A DNA stretch of 20,000 bases, from IMG/VR virus record IMGVR_UViG_3300042888_000268; one strand, 5' to 3'. Below, piece after piece: positions 14,772 through 20,000 of the stretch. Positions within the stretch are counted from its first letter, which is position 1. Each line of letters opens with the position of its first letter. The notes below the pieces were generated by a model. It ran no database searches. It was given only the letters and a program-made list of their open reading frames with translations, and was not told the DNA's origin. Position numbers and translations under genes: made by a program. This stretch comes from an uncultured virus (IMG/VR IMGVR_UViG_3300042888_000268) (Duplodnaviria; Heunggongvirae; Uroviricota; Caudoviricetes).

Positions 14772-17700
14772 TATTTAGATTCTAATTGTTTTATTCTAAC
14801 TTCTAATTCCTGTACTGCTTTTAATAACACACCAATAGTATTATTAGAATCCATTACATTCTTGTTTCTTGTAGATAATTCTTCTGGGGTATCTTCTGCA
14901 ATAAAACCTACATGCTTATTTATAATATCTGTTTTATAGTTAAAACTTACTACAGTGACATCTCTAATAATATCTAATGCAGATTTTGTAAAAGGATTAA
15001 TATTTGTTTTTAATTCTCTACTAGATGCTTGATAAAAACCTGTTGCTACTAACTGACCACTAGCATTTCTTAATGCAATAGTATCTGCAGTTTCTGAGGC
15101 TGTAATTGTTTTAGTAACACTAAATGCTGTACCAGTTAATGTAAGTCCAGTGCTTGCTGTATAGGTAGTGTTAGTATCTGTATCAGCATCATCACGCCAT
15201 GCTGGTTCTCCAGTAGCATTTGTCTTCCAAACTTTATTAGCAACATCTCCTGGTGCAGCTACATAACCGGCTACTGTTTTAGTGTTGGCATTCCAAGTGT
15301 TAGTATCTGTGTCTACATAAGAAGAAGCTATTTGAAATATACCAGCAGAAACTTCACTAATAGTTACATTAGCTCCTTGACGTAAACGAATATTACCAGT
15401 TCTATAATCAGTAGCTGATGTAGTTCCATCACTATCTTCACGTCTAATTGATGTAACTGTATTGGTATCTGTATCAGTATCTGCGTCATCTCTCCATGCA
15501 GGATTACCTGCTGCATCTGTTTTCCACACCTTATTTGCCACTGCACCAGGAGCGGCTACATAACCTGCTACATCTTTAGAGTTGGCATTCCATGTATTAG
15601 TATCCGTATCTACATCTGCTCCCCATGCAGCTGCACCATCTGCAGACCATCTTAATATTTGACCAGCTACTCCTCCTGCGGGAATGTGTTTATTACCAGC
15701 AGTAGTTGGATGAACATAAACTGTATCAGTGTCTGTATCAGGAGGTACAACCCATGTACCATCTTCTCGTAAATATCTATTAGTAGTTGCTGCTCCTGGA
15801 TTAGGTACAAGACCAGCTACAGTTCTTGTAAAGTTAACATAAGTAGTATTAGTATCAGTTGATGATAATACACCATTACCATCTATAGAAAGATTAGTAC
15901 CCACCTTTATACCACCAAGAACACTAGAAGTTGCTATAGGTAATGTATAAGTTGAAGCAGTAGTTATAGTCCAAGCTCTATCTGCTGACAAGTCATAAGC
16001 AGTTCCATTAATAGTTATTGTTCTAGTAGTTGGAACATAAGAACTTAAATCACTTGTCAATGCTATTGTTCCACTTGCATTTGGAAAAGTATAAGTTCTA
16101 CCAACATCATTAGTTAAACCACTAAAATCAAAAGTTGCAGTTTTATTATATGAACTTGTAAGAAATGAATTAAATATAAATTGTTGAGTTGCACCGGCAC
16201 CAATAGTATTAAAACCACTAGAAGCTTGCACACTATTACCATTCTTTATAAATATTTGCCCAGCAGCCATTCCACTACCATTTGCAATTGTAAATCTAGA
16301 ACTTATATCAAATGCTCCTAAATTAACTGTGCTTGTTGCACCTGTGTATGGTACATAAAGACTTAAGTTATAAGTAGGTAATGTCTGCCAGCTCTTATCA
16401 CCTCTCCAATACTGAGATATTGTACCAGCAGTTATAACAGGTTCATAAGTAGTAGCAGCTGAAGCAGTAGTTAGATATGTACTATTATCTAAAGCCCATG
16501 TATCAGCAGCAGTCTTTTTAAGAAATCCTGCTGTACCAGCTAAAGCAGCTATTGCAGTTAAATCAGCATCTACTGGTTGACCCCCTAGTCCTGATAGAGT
16601 GTATATAGGAAGAGTCTGCCATGATTTATCACCACGCCAGTATTGTAAACTAGTTCCTGCAGTTATACTTGGTTCACCACCTAAACCACTAAGTGTATAA
16701 ATAGGAAGTGTTTGCCAAGACTTATCTCCTCTCCAGTATTGTAATGTAGTACCGGCTGTAATACTAGGTTCTTTAGTTCCTATTAATGTTGTTACAGTAG
16801 TACTAAAATTAGCGTCACTACCAAGAGCTAAAGCTAGTTCATTAAGGGTATTAAGTGTAGCAGGTGCTGAAGCTACTAAATTAGAAATACTAGTATCAAC
16901 ATAAGTCTTTAAAGCATAATTAGCTTTCTCAGAAATCCATATTGGATCTGTCTCCGTATATGATTGTAAATATCTTGCGTCTGCTGCAGTTTTAGTATAA
17001 TAACTTGTCTTCTCTGCTGTCCATATAGGGTCAGTTTCTGTGTAGCTAGTTAAATAACCAGCACCATTAGTAAGCTCATTATTGTTAGTAGGTATAGTAG
17101 GTTTACCTGTAAGGTCTGTATAAGCCCCACTAAAAAGAGTTGGCCTATTACTTAAATCAGTATAACTACCACTAAATAAACTAGGCTTATTTGTTAAGTC
17201 AGTATAACTACCAGAAAACAAAGTAGGTTTACCAGTTAAATCTGAATATGCACCGCTAAATAAAGCAGGCTTATTTAATATCTGAGCTACGCCACTTACA
17301 GCATTCCAATCTGAATTTACTTGAGCAGCCGGTATAGTAGGTTTATTGGTTAAGTCTGTATAGCTTCCACTAAACAAAGTTGGCTTACCAGTTAAGTCCG
17401 CATATACTCCACTAAACAATGTAGGTAGTCCTGTAATTTCACTATAAGCATAACTAGGTTTAGTAGCAGCTTTAGCCCAAGCATATACATCAGATGCTGG
17501 TAGTGTTGTAGGTATATCTGTTATACCGTATCCGGCAATTGTTGTAGGCTTAGATAATAGTTCAGCAAAAGTGTAAGTGGGTTTAACACTTGTTTTAGCC
17601 CAAGCAGGTACGGTAGGATCTGTTTCTGTAAAAGATTGTAAATATCTAGCATCTGCTTGTAGCTTGGTATAATATAAAGCTTTTTCAAATACCCATATTG

Positions 17701-17902
17701 GATCTGTTTCAGAAACTGTAACACCAGTCAAACTAGATATCTGAGCTCTTACCCATTCTGTTGTAGCCACTCTACTAGATGTATCATTTAAGAATGGTGT
17801 TTGTACGTAAGCTTGACAAGCTACAAATAGCTTATTAGGAACATGTAAATTACCATGTTCATCAAATCTTACAAATTGTTTTACGTTTAGTAGAGCTGCC
17901 AT
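14771..17902 (-). CDS. Long tail fibre with C-terminal peptidase S74 intramolecular chaperone, 1043 aa
   Basis: Fibre motifs 'NDTSSRVATTEWV', 'LVASAPATLNTLNELALALGSDANFSTT' and repeated SGxYxDLxxKP; C-terminal 'ASSRELKTNI...VGFIAED...IGVLLKAVQELEVRIKQLE' is the S74 chaperone plus coiled coil. Confidence 0.9.
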   Translation of the reverse strand: MAALLNVKQFVRFDEHGNLHVPNKLFVACQAYVQTPFLNDTSSRVATTEWVRAQISSLTGVTVSETDPIWVFEKALYYTKLQADARYLQSFTETDPTVPAWAKTSVKPTYTFAELLSKPTTIAGYGITDIPTTLPASDVYAWAKAATKPSYAYSEITGLPTLFSGVYADLTGKPTLFSGSYTDLTNKPTIPAAQVNSDWNAVSGVAQILNKPALFSGAYSDLTGKPTLFSGSYTDLTNKPSLFSGSYTDLSNRPTLFSGAYTDLTGKPTIPTNNNELTNGAGYLTSYTETDPIWTAEKTSYYTKTAADARYLQSYTETDPIWISEKANYALKTYVDTSISNLVASAPATLNTLNELALALGSDANFSTTVTTLIGTKEPSITAGTTLQYWRGDKSWQTLPIYTLSGLGGEPSITAGTSLQYWRGDKSWQTLPIYTLSGLGGQPVDADLTAIAALAGTAGFLKKTAADTWALDNSTYLTTASAATTYEPVITAGTISQYWRGDKSWQTLPTYNLSLYVPYTGATSTVNLGAFDISSRFTIANGSGMAAGQIFIKNGNSVQASSGFNTIGAGATQQFIFNSFLTSSYNKTATFDFSGLTNDVGRTYTFPNASGTIALTSDLSSYVPTTRTITINGTAYDLSADRAWTITTASTYTLPIATSSVLGGIKVGTNLSIDGNGVLSSTDTNTTYVNFTRTVAGLVPNPGAATTNRYLREDGTWVVPPDTDTDTVYVHPTTAGNKHIPAGGVAGQILRWSADGAAAWGADVDTDTNTWNANSKDVAGYVAAPGAVANKVWKTDAAGNPAWRDDADTDTDTNTVTSIRREDSDGTTSATDYRTGNIRLRQGANVTISEVSAGIFQIASSYVDTDTNTWNANTKTVAGYVAAPGDVANKVWKTNATGEPAWRDDADTDTNTTYTASTGLTLTGTAFSVTKTITASETADTIALRNASGQLVATGFYQASSRELKTNINPFTKSALDIIRDVTVVSFNYKTDIINKHVGFIAEDTPEELSTRNKNVMDSNNTIGVLLKAVQELEVRIKQLESK
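15170..15612 (-). repeat. Two copies of a ~45-aa intragenic repeat (VDTDTNTWNAN..VAGYVAAPG.VANKVWKT.A.G.PAWRDDADTDT)
   Basis: Copies at about 15170-15318 and 15470-15612; near-identical protein with many third-position differences. Confidence 0.85.
16372..16772 (-). repeat. Three copies of EP.ITAGT..QYWRGDKSWQTLP.Y.LS
   Basis: Copies at about 16372-16445, 16595-16675 and 16688-16772. Confidence 0.85.
16935..17715 (-). repeat. ETDP.W/YYTK..ADARYLQS blocks flanking tandem LFSGxYxDLxxKP repeats
   Basis: Six LFSGxYxDLxx(K/R)P units at about 17095-17420, between two ETDPIW...ADARYLQS.TETDP blocks at about 17610-17715 and 16935-17045. Confidence 0.85.
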
Positions 17903-17911
17903 TAATTATAT

Positions 17912-18088
17912 TTATTTAAAGCTTAATACAGGTGGAGTAATTATCACAGTGTCCGCTGGAGGAGTATACATTTTAATATTAGGTATAGAATACCTAGTAT
18001 TATTTACTATTGTATAAAATGCTACTCCTATTAATAATATACTTAACAAAGTTCTTATTAAAGGTTTGAAATCAATTGAATAAATCAT
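17912..18088 (-). CDS. Small single-pass membrane protein, about 58 aa (probable start 18088, not 18148)
   Basis: Hydrophobic stretch LIRTLLSILLIGVAFYTIV. The ATG at 18088 avoids overlap with the upstream gene and has an A-rich leader. Confidence 0.55.
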   Translation of the reverse strand: MIYSIDFKPLIRTLLSILLIGVAFYTIVNNTRYSIPNIKMYTPPADTVIITPPVLSFK

Positions 18089-18107
18089 ATCATTTTTATT
18101 TAAATTA

Positions 18108-18968
18108 TTAATATCCGTATCTTGCTTTAGTAGCATTGTAAATTGCATCTATTCCTGTAGTTCCAATATCTGATGTATAACCAGCAGCATAACCATAATA
18201 GCCATCTATCCAGTCATTATAACGAAGACCCATTGAAGGTCCATAAGCATCTTGTGTAGATATACCACCCATAGAAACAGAATTTGTATATCTAGTTCCT
18301 CCCATATAAATATCAATTGAAACAGTGGTACCATCATATCTTAATGATGTCAGATACCAAGTATTATAAGCAAATGCTGGTAAGTCAGACCCAAAATTTG
18401 AAATTAATGCACCTGCTCCAAAACGTTGTACAAAGAATCTTTTAGGAGATTCATTTGTTAAAGTAAAACCATATCCATAAGGGTTTTGATCTGAAGAAAA
18501 AATACCTGGATAAACACCACCACCATGAGAAGATATTTTAAGCCAAGCTACCATAGTATGAGCTTGTGTTCCATTAAACTGAGCTGTGTTAACAAGTCTT
18601 ACAGAATATTGTGCTCCACCTCCGTTAGCTAAATTTAATGTACCTGGAGCTGTTGCACTATATCCATTTATAGTTGTTGCACTACCTTTACCAGTTCCTG
18701 TTACAAATACACCATGATTACTATTACCACTAAGATCTGTAATCTGACTTCCTGAGTTTGAATATGATGCTGTTACAGAAAAATCAAATAACATAAAAGG
18801 AGAACCATATTGATAAACTCCAGATGCACTATAACTATAGAATTCACTCATAGCATCTGGTGTAGATTTACCAGCAGCCGCAGATAATGTTCTAAGACTA
18901 TATGAACCAGAACCTAGTTCTGTTCTAATCTGACTAATACTTATACTTCCTGAGGATTGAAGACTCAT
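18108..18968 (-). CDS. Putative fibre-tip adhesin with LamG/concanavalin A-like lectin domain, 286 aa
   Basis: N-terminal 'MSLQSSGSISISQIRTELG...SLRTL...MSEFYS' resembles the attachment module seen in proteins encoded after S74 fibres. 'ITDLSGNSNHG', 'HTMVAWLK', 'NTWYLTSLRYDGTTVSIDIY' and 'IYNATKARYGY' are LamG-3-like. Confidence 0.75.
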   Translation of the reverse strand: MSLQSSGSISISQIRTELGSGSYSLRTLSAAAGKSTPDAMSEFYSYSASGVYQYGSPFMLFDFSVTASYSNSGSQITDLSGNSNHGVFVTGTGKGSATTINGYSATAPGTLNLANGGGAQYSVRLVNTAQFNGTQAHTMVAWLKISSHGGGVYPGIFSSDQNPYGYGFTLTNESPKRFFVQRFGAGALISNFGSDLPAFAYNTWYLTSLRYDGTTVSIDIYMGGTRYTNSVSMGGISTQDAYGPSMGLRYNDWIDGYYGYAAGYTSDIGTTGIDAIYNATKARYGY

Positions 18969-19597
18969 TTTTCTATTGTTTTATATTTCCATTTATATCC
19001 AAAAGCTTGATAGCATTTTAATGTTATCCACTTTCCTTTTTGTTTTTTAGATCTACCACCATCTATACAATTTTTTATATCTGATGCTCTATTATCAGTT
19101 TTACCTAGTGTTCTACAGGCAACCGTCATAGACTCATATTCTGCTATAATTTCTCCAGTCAAAGATAATTGAATAACTGGTTTTCTCTGAGTACTGATTC
19201 TACCTAATGATGCTAAACCTATCTTTCTTTTATGTTCTATACTCTTCGGACGTTTGGTGGCGTCTATAAAGTTTTGCTTAGCTTGTTCAGATAAACAATC
19301 CCAGGTATCACCTCCTTGACCTTCTTCATTTGTAAGATTTGCCCAGTTTTCTGAATTAACCACATTAAGTTTATTTGATACTTTGAGAGCATACTCAGAA
19401 AACTGTTTTTTATCACTAGTACTATATATAACTCTTGTTTCTATATCATTAGAACTAATGTTGTGAGTAGACAAATGCCTAGTCCATACTATACCACTTC
19501 CTTTATATTTATAAGGATTTTTAGTAGTTTTACCTAAATAATTTAATCCCAATGGACTTATTTTAATATATAGATAAATAGGTTTTGCTAATACCAT
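18965..19597 (-). CDS. Free-standing GIY-YIG (Seg-like) homing endonuclease with NUMOD3 and NUMOD1 motifs, 210 aa
   Basis: 'IYLYIK...NYLGKT...YKGSG' and 'WANLTNEEGQGG' form the catalytic domain; 'KSIEHKRKIG' is NUMOD3-like; 'RKPVIQLSLTGEIIAEYESMTVACRTLG...IKNCIDG...AFGYKWKY' is NUMOD1-like. Confidence 0.85.
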   Translation of the reverse strand: MVLAKPIYLYIKISPLGLNYLGKTTKNPYKYKGSGIVWTRHLSTHNISSNDIETRVIYSTSDKKQFSEYALKVSNKLNVVNSENWANLTNEEGQGGDTWDCLSEQAKQNFIDATKRPKSIEHKRKIGLASLGRISTQRKPVIQLSLTGEIIAEYESMTVACRTLGKTDNRASDIKNCIDGGRSKKQKGKWITLKCYQAFGYKWKYKTIEK

Positions 19598-19600
19598 ATA

Positions 19601-19999
19601 TTATTTATTTTCTACTAAGTATTCTATTTGTCTTTTAAGTTCTTCTATTTGATCCTGTTGTTCTTTAATAGCCTCAATAAGTAATGGCACTATCTTCTCA
19701 TATTTAACTGTTAAAAAGTTTTCACCTGATTTAGAAAACATATTACCATGTTCATCATGACCTTGATCAAATGGAGCTAACTTAACAGCTTCAGGAAGAA
19801 CAGCTTGAACATCTTGAGCAAAAACACCTGCTTCTCTTTCTTTAGATGGAGTCCATCCATATTGATCACCAACAGAGTTCCACTCATAAGTCATACCTAC
19901 TAAAGATGTAACTTTAGATAATGCATTCTCAATTGGCTTTACATTATGTTTTAATCTTCTGTCTGATGCATATGCAATAATATCATAATACCCACGTGT
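19601..19999 (-). CDS. 3' end of a tail fibre/spike gene: peptidase S74 intramolecular chaperone domain (start beyond the window)
   Basis: The frame stays open to the window edge: ...GYYDIIAYASDRRLKHNVKPIENALSKVTSLVGMTYEW...AGVFAQDVQAVLPEAV...LTVKYEKIVPLLIEAIKEQQDQIEELK. The 97-aa track ORF starts at an internal Met. Confidence 0.92.
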   Translation of the reverse strand, partial: TRGYYDIIAYASDRRLKHNVKPIENALSKVTSLVGMTYEWNSVGDQYGWTPSKEREAGVFAQDVQAVLPEAVKLAPFDQGHDEHGNMFSKSGENFLTVKYEKIVPLLIEAIKEQQDQIEELKRQIEYLVENK

Positions 20000-20000
20000 G

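Noticed and set aside
15170..15612. Possible DGR template/variable repeat pair
   Set aside because: Both copies are in frame in one gene, differences are mostly synonymous and not adenine-specific, and no reverse transcriptase is in the window.
17095..17420. CRISPR-like array from the ~42-nt periodicity
   Set aside because: Degenerate coding repeats (LFSGxYxDLxxKP) without identical repeats or unique spacers.
14730..17724. ORFs 14730-14939 (+), 15364-15546 (-) and 17521-17724 (-)
   Set aside because: Antisense or alternate-frame overlaps of the tail fibre gene with no independent support.
18089..18148. 5' extension of the 78-aa ORF
   Set aside because: It overlaps the end of the LamG gene; the ATG at 18088 is the more plausible start.
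18965..19597. Group I intron housing the GIY-YIG gene
   Set aside because: No flanking non-coding sequence, and both neighbouring genes appear intact.
1..20000. Stop-codon reassignment (TAG/TGA recoding known in some crAss-like phages)
   Set aside because: Genes tile the window under the standard code without in-frame TAG/TGA breaks. Stops are TAA except one TGA. TAG is never a primary stop, so recoding elsewhere in the genome cannot be excluded.

Overview
AT-rich phage DNA with every credible gene on the minus strand and tightly packed. It reads as the tail/virion-structure module of a crAss-like (Crassvirales-type) phage of a Bacteroidota host; this rests on gene order, motif recall and TAnnTTTG promoter elements, not on a database search. 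In transcription order (right to left): the 3' end of a tail fibre with a peptidase S74 chaperone; a free-standing GIY-YIG/NUMOD homing endonuclease; a LamG-like putative fibre-tip adhesin; a small membrane protein; a 1043-aa repeat-rich S74 tail fibre; two Cys-rich putative tip proteins in one frame separated by a single TAA; a DUF1617-like gene with its own promoter and terminator; a hypothetical gene; five Cys-rich/FN3-like genes; a structured 166-nt intergenic region with a candidate pseudoknot; an HTH-calcineurin-like metallophosphoesterase; an IHF/HU-like gene; two putative tail ring proteins; an HExxH protein; and a >1273-aa muzzle/tail-stabilisation protein that is missing from the ORF track because it runs off the left edge. 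The standard genetic code fits. I saw no tRNA, CRISPR array, integrase or reverse transcriptase.
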